DNA of 62,176 bases from a virus (lineage: Duplodnaviria; Caudoviricetes). Where the stretch lies: IMG/VR virus record IMGVR_UViG_3300025137_003955, positions 1 through 62,176 of that record; one strand, written 5' to 3'. This document shows positions 27,420 through 38,000 of the stretch, in pieces. A model generated the notes under the pieces. The model saw only the letters and a list, made by a program, of their open reading frames with translations, was not told the DNA's origin and did not search any database. Both the position numbers and the translations under genes were made by a program. The stretch's first letter is position 1. Each line of letters starts with the position of its first letter.

Positions 27420-27448
27420 AGTTGTATAGTTAAATTAAGGAGTAACTA

Positions 27449-28771
27449 ATGTCAGATACAAAACAAGCAAAAGCAGAACAGCCTAAAGATAGAGTTGCAG
27501 AAGCACTTTATGAAATACCTGAAACTTCGCTTACATCTACAGAAATAGAAGATAAACTTATTAAAGCAAGGATTGAAATGCTTATTTCAGCACCCTTCTT
27601 TGGTAACTTAGCAACTAGACTTAGATTTAAAGATGCAACAGAATGGTGCCCTACTCTTGCTACTGACGGCAGATACTTTTACTATAACAGGAACTTTGTT
27701 GCCGCAATGAGCGACGCTGAAATTGTATTTGGAATTGGACACGAAGTATTACATTGTGTTTATGATCATTTCGACGTTATCAGACGTGGCGACAGAGACC
27801 CACGTTTATGGAATATTGCTAACGACTATGTTATTAATGCAGACTTAATTGATGCTAAGATAGGCGAGGAGATTAAGTTAGTTAAAATTTGTTTTGATTG
27901 GAAATATCGAGGTATGGTATCAGAAGAAGTTTATGACGACTTATTTGAACAAGCAAAAGAAGAAGGCAGAGTTATGGATATGGAGTCTTTTGATATTCAC
28001 TTAGACAGAGATGACGGTGACGATGACGGAGCAACTGGAGAAGGCGGAGAAGCAAATTCTGAAGGTGGCGATAAAGACGGTCCTGCAAAATATACTGCTG
28101 AAGAGAAAGAAAAGATTTCGCAAGAGTTTAAAAATGCTACAATGCAGGCGGCCAAAGCCGCAGGTGCTGGTAACTTACCCGGTGGAGTTAAAAGAGCATT
28201 AGATCATTTGCTAAACCCTCAGTTAGATTGGAGACAACTAATTGCTATGCAAATCCAAAGTACTATTAGAAGTGACTATACATATCAAACACCAAGCCGT
28301 AAAGGACTTAATGAAGGGTTTTACTTACCTGGTATGGACAGAGAAACAACTATAGACGTTGCAATATCCATGGACGTGTCAGGCTCTATATATGATACAA
28401 TGTTACGTGACTTCCTTTCAGAAGTTAAAGGCATTATGGATCAGTATACAGACTTTAGAATACATTTGTTCTGTTTTGATACTGAAGTACATAATCCAGT
28501 TACATTTACACCACATAATATGGAAGAGTTTTTAGAATACGATATCCAAGGTGGTGGCGGTACTGAGTTTGATTGTGTATTTGATTACATGAAAGAAGCA
28601 GGTATTGTTCCTAAGAAGCACATTATGTTTACAGACGGCTATCCTTGGGGTAGTTGGGGTGACGAAAACTACTGTGATACATTGTTTATTGTGCATGGTT
28701 CCGGATATGGTGGCAAAAGTCCAGTAGCACCGTTTGGAATCACAGTACCTTATACTAGAGAAGATGATTAA
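27449..28771 (+). CDS. Metallopeptidase-like (HExxH) plus VWA domain protein (DUF2201-type), MoxR partner
   Basis: ATDG, HEVLH, WNIANDYVIN, MIDAS DVSGS, GGGGTEF, FTDG. Confidence 0.9.
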   Translation: MSDTKQAKAEQPKDRVAEALYEIPETSLTSTEIEDKLIKARIEMLISAPFFGNLATRLRFKDATEWCPTLATDGRYFYYNRNFVAAMSDAEIVFGIGHEVLHCVYDHFDVIRRGDRDPRLWNIANDYVINADLIDAKIGEEIKLVKICFDWKYRGMVSEEVYDDLFEQAKEEGRVMDMESFDIHLDRDDGDDDGATGEGGEANSEGGDKDGPAKYTAEEKEKISQEFKNATMQAAKAAGAGNLPGGVKRALDHLLNPQLDWRQLIAMQIQSTIRSDYTYQTPSRKGLNEGFYLPGMDRETTIDVAISMDVSGSIYDTMLRDFLSEVKGIMDQYTDFRIHLFCFDTEVHNPVTFTPHNMEEFLEYDIQGGGGTEFDCVFDYMKEAGIVPKKHIMFTDGYPWGSWGDENYCDTLFIVHGSGYGGKSPVAPFGITVPYTREDD

Positions 28772-29120
28772 ATTTACAAGTATTCTTAGCGACAGAGATT
28801 GGAAAAATCTAGGTGGCAACGAAGTATATGTTGCTATGTTAAGAAACAAAGTAAAGATTGATATACATAAGGGTACTAAAGTAGCAACAAATTCAGACGA
28901 TTTTAGGATTAAATCATCTATAAAAGATGAAAAGCCTTATAAGATGTTTGATATGGTTCTGGATTATCTGAATGAAGTACCTGAAGACCTTGTTTATTAT
29001 GATATAGAAGATGTATATGGACATAAAACTATATATGTATATTTTCATAGTCCCATAGACAAGGAAAACTTTTATCATTACTATAATATGCAATCAGGCA
29101 TAGAAGAAGTAACAAAATAG
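28764..29120 (+). CDS. Hypothetical protein
   Basis: Overlapping start MIKFT. Confidence 0.5.
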   Translation: MIKFTSILSDRDWKNLGGNEVYVAMLRNKVKIDIHKGTKVATNSDDFRIKSSIKDEKPYKMFDMVLDYLNEVPEDLVYYDIEDVYGHKTIYVYFHSPIDKENFYHYYNMQSGIEEVTK

Positions 29121-29196
29121 ACCATTTTTTTAAACTACGAATTAAGTATAGTGTTAAATAGTGGTATATAAAAAATAATTTTTATTGGAGAATAAA

Positions 29197-29517
29197 ATGG
29201 CTAATAGCAAAAAAACAGAAGCAGAAGCAGTAAACGAAGAAGTTGCTACTGCAGAAACAGAAGCACCAGCAGAAGGTTCAACACCTGAAAGCATTGGATT
29301 ACAAGATCTACAACTCTTAGCACAGATAGTAGACCTTGCTTCACAAAGAGGCGCCTTTAGAGGTAATGAAATGACACAGGTTGGAACAGTTTTTGATAAA
29401 TTAACTACGTTCTTAAACTTTGTAGCAGAGCAAAATGCGGCTAATGAAGAAGCGGAAGCAGATTCAGAAGCAGAAGCACCAGCAGAAGCACCAGCAGAGG
29501 CTCCAACAGGAGAATAA
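29197..29517 (+). CDS. Acidic hypothetical protein with EAPA repeats
   Basis: SD GGAG; conserved-looking core DLASQRGAFRGNEM. Confidence 0.65.
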   Translation: MANSKKTEAEAVNEEVATAETEAPAEGSTPESIGLQDLQLLAQIVDLASQRGAFRGNEMTQVGTVFDKLTTFLNFVAEQNAANEEAEADSEAEAPAEAPAEAPTGE

Positions 29518-29518
29518 A

Positions 29519-30103
29519 ATGGCAGTATTAAAACACGTCGGCAAATATGGTGAAAAACCATGTGTAGTAGTTTTCAGAGAAGTACCTAACGAAACTGAAA
29601 ACTGTTTAATTGTTGAAACAACTTCATTAGATGATCAAAAACATGACGATTTAATGAATATTGTGCAAAGTTTAGAAGCTCAGGAATCAAATGAGATTTC
29701 AGAAGTACTAAGCAGAAGACAATTTTCAGATGGTAGTAATGTATTAAATGACTTACATTTTACTAAAAAACTTATTAAAGTTGCTAGTAATTTAGTATTT
29801 TTAACACCTACACCTACTGATAAAATCGCACTATCAGAAGTCAACAGGGAAATAAAAAAAATTGACAGCGGTTCTAATCCACCACTAAACACAGAAGTAA
29901 ATCCTGATGTTGTTATGCAAGAGCAACAAGCAGTTACTTCAGACAGTGGAATGGCAGAAGGATTATTGCAACAAGCAGAACTTATTGAAGGTGATGCAAA
30001 AGCAATGATGGAAGATGCGGCGGCTAAAAAGGCTAAAGCATATGAACTAGACCCTAGCCTAGCACCTAAAAAAGGACCAGGCAGACCACCAAAGCAGTCG
30101 TAG
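29519..30103 (+). CDS. Hypothetical protein with C-terminal AT-hook-like motif
   Basis: SD AGGAG before MAVLKHVG; C-terminal KKGPGRPPK. Confidence 0.65.
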   Translation: MAVLKHVGKYGEKPCVVVFREVPNETENCLIVETTSLDDQKHDDLMNIVQSLEAQESNEISEVLSRRQFSDGSNVLNDLHFTKKLIKVASNLVFLTPTPTDKIALSEVNREIKKIDSGSNPPLNTEVNPDVVMQEQQAVTSDSGMAEGLLQQAELIEGDAKAMMEDAAAKKAKAYELDPSLAPKKGPGRPPKQS

Positions 30104-30432
30104 TGTCACAGGGTCCTGCCCGAATTATAGTACTCGGGAGATCTAAAAATAGATCCAAACAGATCAATAATTTCCTGAGTGAGATATTTACTCAGGAGAT
30201 TCCTGCTGAGTTTGTTAGTACTGTTACATTACGATATGAGGACGGTACTGAATCACAAATAAAAAACATAGAAAATGATATAATTATTGAGGATCTTAAC
30301 TGGATACTTAAAAAAACTGATGTAGACAGAGTTGTAGAAGAGATAGAAATAATTGTAGAATTAGATGTTATTCAAAATAAAATCACTAGCCAAGCAAACA
30401 CGTTGCTTAATAAATATTTCACAGACGAGTAG
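30103..30432 (+). CDS. Hypothetical protein
   Basis: GTG start overlapping the previous stop. Confidence 0.55.
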   Translation: MSQGPARIIVLGRSKNRSKQINNFLSEIFTQEIPAEFVSTVTLRYEDGTESQIKNIENDIIIEDLNWILKKTDVDRVVEEIEIIVELDVIQNKITSQANTLLNKYFTDE

Positions 30433-30460
30433 TTGACAAATCATATAAATTTGCTATAAT
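30433..30460 (+). promoter_or_regulatory. Sigma70-type promoter
   Basis: TTGACA-16 nt-TATAAT with extended -10. Confidence 0.85.
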
Positions 30461-30485
30461 ATATAGTAAATGTTAGGAGTAACAT

Positions 30486-30815
30486 ATGATTGAGATACTA
30501 CAAGAAGTCACTGATTGGGGCAAATATAAAGTAAATAATGGTGTATACCACATTAATGGTGCTGGTAAACTTATAGCCTATCAACGTAACAAAGATTCAG
30601 AGGTACAAATATTAAATGTGCCTAGTAACCAATTTAGTAAATCGAGACGTAAATTTGTTAAGATAGGCGAACGTGCTGAAGAGTTGGCTAGCCATATTGT
30701 TAAAGTAGAAGGTTCTAATGGTGCTGTTTATCTAATTGATACAGATAAAAAGACTTGTACTTGTCCTGGTTTTACATTTAGAGGTACTTGTAAACATATT
30801 AAAGAATATCTTTAA
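30486..30815 (+). CDS. SWIM zinc-finger protein
   Basis: CTCPGFTFRGTCKH (CxC-x8-CKH). Confidence 0.8.
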   Translation: MIEILQEVTDWGKYKVNNGVYHINGAGKLIAYQRNKDSEVQILNVPSNQFSKSRRKFVKIGERAEELASHIVKVEGSNGAVYLIDTDKKTCTCPGFTFRGTCKHIKEYL

Positions 30816-31656
30816 TTTTAGGAATAGCAATTTCCGTTGCCCACCTTTTATGTGCATCTGCACTTAAATGATGACAATGATTATGATTAGGATTACCAAC
30901 AGGGTCTTCCATAGTCTCAAAATCCCAAGCCAAAGCATCAGCAATACCTGTATATAATTGTAAGCTCTTCTCTGGCACAAAATCGTAAGTTAAACCGTCT
31001 ATGTAATACTGATGTTTCTGCTCATCAGTTAGTTTATAACGTTCTTGTATGTTTTGTTTCCAGTTAAATGTATTTGGACAAAATAGGAACGGTACATTTG
31101 CTCTTTGCATTTGATTTACAGCACTTTCCATCATATAGTATTGTTTGTGTGCCTCTAGATCTGTATCATATAAATTTATATAGAAAGTTTTCATACTTTC
31201 CCATTGTGCCTTGTTCATATGAGCAGGTAAATCGTCCCACCAAACACAGGCTTCTTCATATGTTCTAGAGAAGTCATCATATGTAACTAATCCAGTCATA
31301 CTTTGATGCATTATAGTAGGCTCTATATCTGGATAGCAAGGGTGGTTCCATTCGTTAGTAAAAAACTTATCAACATTATAGTCTGATTGTTTTAAGCCTT
31401 TTTCTATTTCGTATAAGTTGCCACGGTGGTTCCAATCAAATCTGTCTGGCGTTGTCCAATTAACAACTATAAAGTCAGGATTTAAATTTTTAATTGCATA
31501 GTCTATTTGTAATCTTATATTAAAATTACTTCCGCCTACTCTTGCAATGTTTTGATATTCCCAGCCAAGTTCGTTAGATATAAAATAGCCATATTCTGTA
31601 TCAGGATATGCATAATCTCTACTACTCCAACTGCAACCGCAAACTACTAATTTCAT
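30799..31656 (-). CDS. SGNH-hydrolase-like protein (GCS variant)
   Basis: VCGCSWS, NIARVGGSN, NWT..DR, C-terminal HHLSADAH; paralogue of 32761-33612. Confidence 0.6.
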   Translation of the reverse strand: MKLVVCGCSWSSRDYAYPDTEYGYFISNELGWEYQNIARVGGSNFNIRLQIDYAIKNLNPDFIVVNWTTPDRFDWNHRGNLYEIEKGLKQSDYNVDKFFTNEWNHPCYPDIEPTIMHQSMTGLVTYDDFSRTYEEACVWWDDLPAHMNKAQWESMKTFYINLYDTDLEAHKQYYMMESAVNQMQRANVPFLFCPNTFNWKQNIQERYKLTDEQKHQYYIDGLTYDFVPEKSLQLYTGIADALAWDFETMEDPVGNPNHNHCHHLSADAHKRWATEIAIPKIKDIL

Positions 31657-31683
31657 ACTACTATTTACTTAAATATATGTATG
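31654..31683. promoter_or_regulatory. Back-to-back late promoters, each TAAATA-N5-ATG
   Basis: CAT-actac-TATTTA-ct-TAAATA-tatgt-ATG. Confidence 0.6.
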
Positions 31684-32793
31684 GACAAAATTTATATTGG
31701 TTATGACCAGCATAACAAATTCACTATGGAAGACAATCTTTCCAGGTGTTTTGGTAATACTGATTACTTTACCTCTACAGATGTAATAATGATAGAGGGC
31801 AAGTATATATACCATTTAATACTGACTGCTATGTTAGACGCAGACTATGTGTTTGATATAAGCGATAAAGTTGTGCAAGATATACAAGATGACAAGTGTT
31901 TCCTGCTCTTTGATTACACTTTTGAGAGCAGGAACACTAGCATACAGCATGAGTACGACCAGTATAAAAGCATAATAGACAACACTTTAAGCAAGTATAA
32001 CATACAAAAACCCTACATATATGTAGACGGTAATCCCTATAACAGGCACGAGCTTGACTTATATTTTAACAGATTTGTTGTTGAAGTAGGCAGGGCATGT
32101 TTACACTCTGTTACAGACGATAGTGATGTTATGGTGTTTGAAGCGGACCAATCTTTTGCAGAACGTGAGTATAAAGTGTCTAGTTTTAACAGACGTCCGG
32201 ATGAAAACAGAGCAAACTTTGTTGATGCATTTAAAAACAATGCTGATGTATTATGTACACTGGGCAAACCAGATATTCAAGACATAGATTATTATTCAGA
32301 ACGGTTTCCTGACTTAGTTCCTATGTTACCCATGGAATATGATTTAAGTTTAGACTTAGATGTACCTAATTTAGTAAGCATAATGGGTTGGGAGTTACAG
32401 CAAGTAAGTTATATACAAGTAGTAAATGAAAGTTTGTTCCATTATGACAAGTATCACATGTTTATAAACGAAAAAACATTAAAGCCTATTGCTTGTTTGC
32501 AACCTTTTATTATAAACGGTATGCCTGGTAGTTTAGCTCACTTACATGAGTTAGGATTTAAAACTTTTAGTAATTGGTGGGACGAAAGTTATGATACCGA
32601 AACAGATCAAATAAAACGTTCTGATAAAATTATAGATATAGTTACTGATTTGTCTAAATTAAGTCATACAGAATTAATAGACATGTTAAAGGGTATGCAT
32701 GAAACTTTACTGCATAACAGAAGTTTGTTAGTTTCTTTACCTAGAAGCCACTCTATAGATTTATATAATCAGATCGTCAATACTGGGTATTAG
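31681..32793 (+). CDS. Putative glycosyltransferase (GT10/exostosin-like C-terminal motif)
   Basis: VVNES...FINEKTLKPIACLQPFII.G...L..LGFKTF..WWDESYD. Confidence 0.45.
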   Translation: MDKIYIGYDQHNKFTMEDNLSRCFGNTDYFTSTDVIMIEGKYIYHLILTAMLDADYVFDISDKVVQDIQDDKCFLLFDYTFESRNTSIQHEYDQYKSIIDNTLSKYNIQKPYIYVDGNPYNRHELDLYFNRFVVEVGRACLHSVTDDSDVMVFEADQSFAEREYKVSSFNRRPDENRANFVDAFKNNADVLCTLGKPDIQDIDYYSERFPDLVPMLPMEYDLSLDLDVPNLVSIMGWELQQVSYIQVVNESLFHYDKYHMFINEKTLKPIACLQPFIINGMPGSLAHLHELGFKTFSNWWDESYDTETDQIKRSDKIIDIVTDLSKLSHTELIDMLKGMHETLLHNRSLLVSLPRSHSIDLYNQIVNTGY

Positions 32794-33612
32794 TTTTTCT
32801 GCATAAGCCTTGTGAGCTAGAGGTGATATGTGACTGCTAAGGAATCTGCCAGGGTTTTCATCGTAAGTATTATACAATTTACTATCAACTTCTGATAACA
32901 TACTTGCAACACCATCAATTTTATTCTTTTCAGGTATCATATCCCATAATGGATAGTAACTATCTTTTAGTATTTTTTGTGGATCAGTCTCACCACGCAA
33001 TGTTTGTAAATCATGTAAAAAATCTAATGTGTTAGGGCTCATTAAATACGGAATATTGTGTTTTTCTAATTCGTGTATTGCACTTTGCATGATATAAATT
33101 TGTTTATGGCACTCTAATGCAGTATCATATAAATTTGTATAATAATGTCTTAATGCTTTCCAGTTTTGCTCTGTACATGTATTAGGCATAATAGGATATA
33201 CTTCGCATACTTCCTCAAAACTTAAATTTAAATCTTCACAGAATAAACTTTGGAATGTACTAAAGGCTATTGTAGGATCTATGTGTTCTCCAGCAGGATG
33301 ACGCTCATCGTCAGGAGAATGCTCACCTGTTCTATAAGTTACTTGCTTGATTCCTTGTAAGGGATTGTATTCCTTACCTGCAAAGTTCCATTCTATTCTT
33401 GCAGGATTAGTCCAATTAATAATCATTATATCTGGACTAAGATTTTCTATAGCATGTTGTATTTGTAGTCTTATAATAAAGTTACTTGCACTTATTACAG
33501 CAGTATTTTTATATTCCCAACCATAATGATCTGCAACTAATTGTCCGAATTCCACACCAGGACATTTGCGATCTCTACTGCTCCAACTACAGCCACTAAC
33601 TACTAGATTCAT
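32761..33612 (-). CDS. SGNH-hydrolase-like protein (GCS variant)
   Basis: VSGCSWSSRD, ASNFIIRLQI, NWT, C-terminal HISPLAH. Confidence 0.6.
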   Translation of the reverse strand: MNLVVSGCSWSSRDRKCPGVEFGQLVADHYGWEYKNTAVISASNFIIRLQIQHAIENLSPDIMIINWTNPARIEWNFAGKEYNPLQGIKQVTYRTGEHSPDDERHPAGEHIDPTIAFSTFQSLFCEDLNLSFEEVCEVYPIMPNTCTEQNWKALRHYYTNLYDTALECHKQIYIMQSAIHELEKHNIPYLMSPNTLDFLHDLQTLRGETDPQKILKDSYYPLWDMIPEKNKIDGVASMLSEVDSKLYNTYDENPGRFLSSHISPLAHKAYAEKLIPSIDDLII

Positions 33613-34189
33613 TCCGCGGTTTAATTCCTAAAAAGTTTCTTTTCCTTCTTTTAGACACATAACTGAGAGCATCATCTACAGCAATATAGTAAGGATCTTG
33701 TTCCATTGTTGGTGCTTTTAAATGATAAAAAGGTATTTTTTCGTCTCTAAACATTTCCAAAATTGCTTGGTCTATGTTTATACTGTCCTCTAAGTTTTGT
33801 GCTCTGCCTGTTTGTTCGAAATTGTCTGGTCGCTCTAACATAAAGTTTATGTTATCATATTTGTCATAACATTCACGAGCTAGTTTGTCTATTAGATTGC
33901 TATATAAAGGTCCGTCATATAGTTCTCTATATATGCCACTCAACATTACAGGAGAATCTGTTATTACATAGTCAACTTTACCGACAAGTCTTAATATCTT
34001 TCTGTGTTGGTGTGCTAACATGTATAATTGATCTTTAAGCATGGGTACATTATCTTCCCATACACATTCTTTTGCAAACTCATTATTGAGTTCAACACTA
34101 TATCCTGCCATATTCATTTTATAATATAGTCCTGCGGCTTTAGTGCTCTTGCCAGAGTTTGGTCCACCATAAAAATTTATAACTTTCAT
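33596..34189 (-). CDS. P-loop kinase/ATPase (NadR/AAA_28-like)
   Basis: GGPNSGKST, EFAKE, VITDSP, GR.Q. Confidence 0.8.
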   Translation of the reverse strand: MKVINFYGGPNSGKSTKAAGLYYKMNMAGYSVELNNEFAKECVWEDNVPMLKDQLYMLAHQHRKILRLVGKVDYVITDSPVMLSGIYRELYDGPLYSNLIDKLARECYDKYDNINFMLERPDNFEQTGRAQNLEDSINIDQAILEMFRDEKIPFYHLKAPTMEQDPYYIAVDDALSYVSKRRKRNFLGIKPRNESSS

Positions 34190-34193
34190 TTAC

Positions 34194-34352
34194 TCACCAA
34201 TTGTGTATATTTCCTGCTATAATAAAGAAGCATGTAATAAAATTAACACCAACAATAATTGTTCGTATCATTGCAATCTTATCTGCTTCTGCATCTGTTG
34301 TTCCTTCTTTCTCGCCTATGGCTTTGGCCCATAGCCTCCATAAGTTTTTCAT
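34194..34352 (-). CDS. Small membrane protein (52 aa) of a type common in T4-like aquatic phages
   Basis: MKNLWRLWAKAIGEKEGTTDAEADKIAMIRT...IAGNIHNW. Confidence 0.7.
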   Translation of the reverse strand: MKNLWRLWAKAIGEKEGTTDAEADKIAMIRTIIVGVNFITCFFIIAGNIHNW

Positions 34353-35017
34353 TTATACCCTATTTGCATGTGTCTTGTGTAACTTGGTGTTTTTAAACTT
34401 CCTACGAAATGTGTTTTACTAAGTGGATACTTTTCCTGCATTTCTTCCGCAGTATAGCACACATTTATATGACCGTCAAACTCTTCTGAGTCATTTGTTT
34501 GCATAATTATTAATTGATCGCTACCTGCTGATTCAAACCAATTTGTACTCATATGTTCACAACTGGTATTAATAACTATATCTGGAGATACTTTAATTAG
34601 CTCACCTCCAGTCTCAAATTCCATATGATTTATATCAAGCAAATCTAAATCTGCAACTACACCTTTAAACTTCCATCCGTTTGCTACATGTTTTTGATTA
34701 AACTTTTCCGCCATCTCAATACTTTCTGCGTCTATATCTATTCCATATATACGTTTTATGTTTAAAGCATTTAACATTGGCTCTACAATACTTCCTATCC
34801 AGCACCCTAATAATGCTACAGTTGTATTACTGGGCAATGGTGTTACTTTATATAGTTCTCCCAGCAACCAACTTTTACTTGCTAATTGACCTTTGCTAAA
34901 AGCATCACGTGGATAACGTCTATCCATTACTGCTCTTTCAAAATAACTTGGTGGAATTCTCAGAAAACTATTATCAATATAATCTTCTACATCGTTCCAT
35001 GTTTTAAGATCTATCAT
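34349..35017 (-). CDS. Class I SAM-dependent methyltransferase-like protein
   Basis: LLGCWIG (motif I), GIDID (motif II), DIVINTSCEH. Confidence 0.7.
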   Translation of the reverse strand: MIDLKTWNDVEDYIDNSFLRIPPSYFERAVMDRRYPRDAFSKGQLASKSWLLGELYKVTPLPSNTTVALLGCWIGSIVEPMLNALNIKRIYGIDIDAESIEMAEKFNQKHVANGWKFKGVVADLDLLDINHMEFETGGELIKVSPDIVINTSCEHMSTNWFESAGSDQLIIMQTNDSEEFDGHINVCYTAEEMQEKYPLSKTHFVGSLKTPSYTRHMQIGYK

Positions 35018-38000
35018 ACTGCTCCCTTAACCAAGTAAAGTCATTTATTTTATCTAGTTTTGCTAGATTGTCTTTGTTCGCTTCCGCAAACTGGTTCCCC
35101 GCTAGTGCTCCGTTTACTGCTTCTGCTGTAAACTCCTCCTCGCCCCTAGTGTTTATCCAGGCATCTAAACGTTGTTTACTTTCAGCATCATCATTAAGTG
35201 TGAGTTTTACACACTCTCTGAAAGCACTCCTCCAAGTGCTAAATGCATCAGTATTAAATTTAGTAATGCAACTTATTTGTGGCATTGACTTAAATCTATT
35301 GCTTAGACCTGTTGTAAAGTCTAATCCCCAAGATGTAGCATTTCTTACCATATCTGTTGGGAATAGTTTTACTCCTCCATATCCATATTCATCTTGTGTG
35401 ATAGGATTTTTACTAGACCATACATGTACAACTTCTTGGTCGTATACATCTGGAATATAGTCAAATTCAAATTCTTCTGTTATTTCTGCATCTGCATCTA
35501 CTACCCAAAACATTTGGCTTGTTGCTCTAGTAGATGCAACCTTATGAGCTTCAAAAATACCTTCTACATCTCTAACCCATATTAAATTAATATTTAAACT
35601 TTTTGTTCTTATATGGTCTTGTAATTTTCTAAATCCTGCATCAGCATTGGGCTCTTTATAACTTAAGAATATAATATCATAAGGTACAGTTGTACTACCT
35701 ACTTCCCTTACATAGTTTAAATTCTTTATTCTGTTTAATTTTAAGTCATCAGATTTGATGTCTGAATAGTCATTACTTGTAGGCCATAATCTTAAGCCAC
35801 CATATGCATGTACTTTCTTACTGATAGGATTTAACTTTTGCCATGCATGTACTTTACTTGTACTAGTTATTGCAGGCAGATATCCACGATCAAGCAACTT
35901 TTCATCCACTTTCACATCTGGGTCCACAGTCCAAACAAAGGGGGTTTTGATGTCCTTTGTCGCGTTTATGAACTCGTTCTTTTCTAAACTTTGCAAGTGG
36001 ATAACTGGCCATACAGGCCTTAGACTTGCAATAGTATTTATTTGTTTTAAGTGTTCAAAACTATTGTTCTCTATCTCTTTGTCAGTGTATTCGTTGTCTA
36101 AGAACAGATGCTTAGGCACTAATCTGACGCTCGTATATGCGTTGTCTTGGTTAAGAAATACATGTATATACTTTTGATCCCATTGTGTCGGGTAATAATC
36201 AAACTTAAATTCAGGGTCTATTTGTGTAAAAGCGTCTACAACCCAGTACATATTACTGTCAGACTGGGCAGATAGACGCTCATAGACGCTCTGTAAGCCA
36301 TTTTCATAGTCAGATGCCTGTAAGTAATATATAGGATATTCTTTTTGTGTACAAGAAGGTTCTCTAATATATTTAGGTCTGCCTTTAGTTTGAGGCACTT
36401 TAGGGTATAGTGTTACACCACCGTAATCGTACTGCCTATTAGTTATAGGGTTAAGTTTTTGCCATACATGTGTTTTTCCATTATCCCAAATTTTAGGTAC
36501 AAACCCAAAATCAAATGTTTCAAGTACATTTACATCTGGATCTATTACCCAAAACCAACTAGTTGGAGTTTTCATCCGGCCCAGTTCTTCAGATTCAAAT
36601 ACAGGAAATGTAAGTTGCTCTCCAAATGGTGTTGTATTATGAATATTTAATCCGCTATCCTTATGATTAGCAGGTACCCAATATATACCACCCATCTCAT
36701 CTGGGTACTTATGCTCTAACTGTCCTCTAACTTGATAAACATGTATTTGATCTTTTTCGTTTTCGTTCTGCCATGGGACAAATTCAAAATCATTGTCATC
36801 TAACACATACTCTTTATCCACTAACCAGCAATCTTCTGTAATATCGTTATAGTCACTTGGATCACTTACTCTGTATACTGAGAATGTTTTAGCATTTATT
36901 ACTAAAGGGTCTTTATGTATTTTTAATTCATCTGTACTACTATCAGGATACCAATATAAGCCTCCCATTTCTTCTGGGTATTTGTTTGTTAATTGATTGT
37001 GTATATGGAATACATGAACTTTGTTAGTATCAAAAGAATCAGGTGCCCATTTAATACTTTCGTCCAGTCTATATGAACTATCTGCTACCCAACAACTATG
37101 ATCTTTTTTAGGATTTATTGAAGGGTTATCCACAAAGTACATAGGATACTCTGGTATAGCATTTAGCATTTCGGCATGTATAACTATGTCGCCATTCCAA
37201 TCTACTGGTACCCATCTAAGTCCACCTATGCTTTCAGGATACTTATGTCTTAGTTGGTCTCCAACATGAAATGTGTGAATACAATTTTGTTGGAACAATG
37301 GTGGCGCCCATTCTATCTTTTGATTTAACTCGTACTCGATGTCTACTATCCAACAGTCTTGAAATACTTCTGTATATTCGTCTACATTATCTACTTTAAC
37401 AACTGGATAACTTCTATCGCTTGTTGGATTTTTAGCAATGTATTTTATTGTTTCTGTATTATATGCTTTAGGTACTAACTTAACACCGCCACATCTATTG
37501 TCACTTATATTAGTAATACTTTTTGGGTACTTATGTTCTAATTGATTAGGTATTTTAAACACTTGTATTGTTTTTTGGTCGTACTTAGCAGGAACATATT
37601 TAAAAACATCATTAAGTTCGTGTTCGTCGTCTACTAACCAAAACATTTTGGATCTACTTTTCCTAGCAGAAGATTCATAATCATTAATATTATTTGTATA
37701 AAAAATATCATATCTTATAGGTACAATATCTTTTTGGTATTTGTGTTTTGTAAAATCAAATTGTTTATGTACCAGCCTTATACCGCCACAACGGTTATCC
37801 CATGCATCTGTATAATCTGTTGGATATCTTTCCTCTAAATGACCAGGTAATTTAAATACATGTATAAATTCTCTTTCGTGTATTGCAGGAACATATAACA
37901 GTTTACCATTAAACTGAAACTCTCGATCAACTACCCAAAACCAATCTGTTTTACTGCGTTCTGCATATTCACTGTATGCATCTGCTGTAAATTCATCGTC

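Noticed and set aside
29455-29505. Short tandem repeats (GCAGAAGCACCA)
   Set aside because: They encode a low-complexity EAPA linker; no spacers, so not CRISPR.
34201-34422. 73-aa + strand ORF
   Set aside because: Antisense to the better-supported 52-aa gene at 34194-34352 and to the methyltransferase end.
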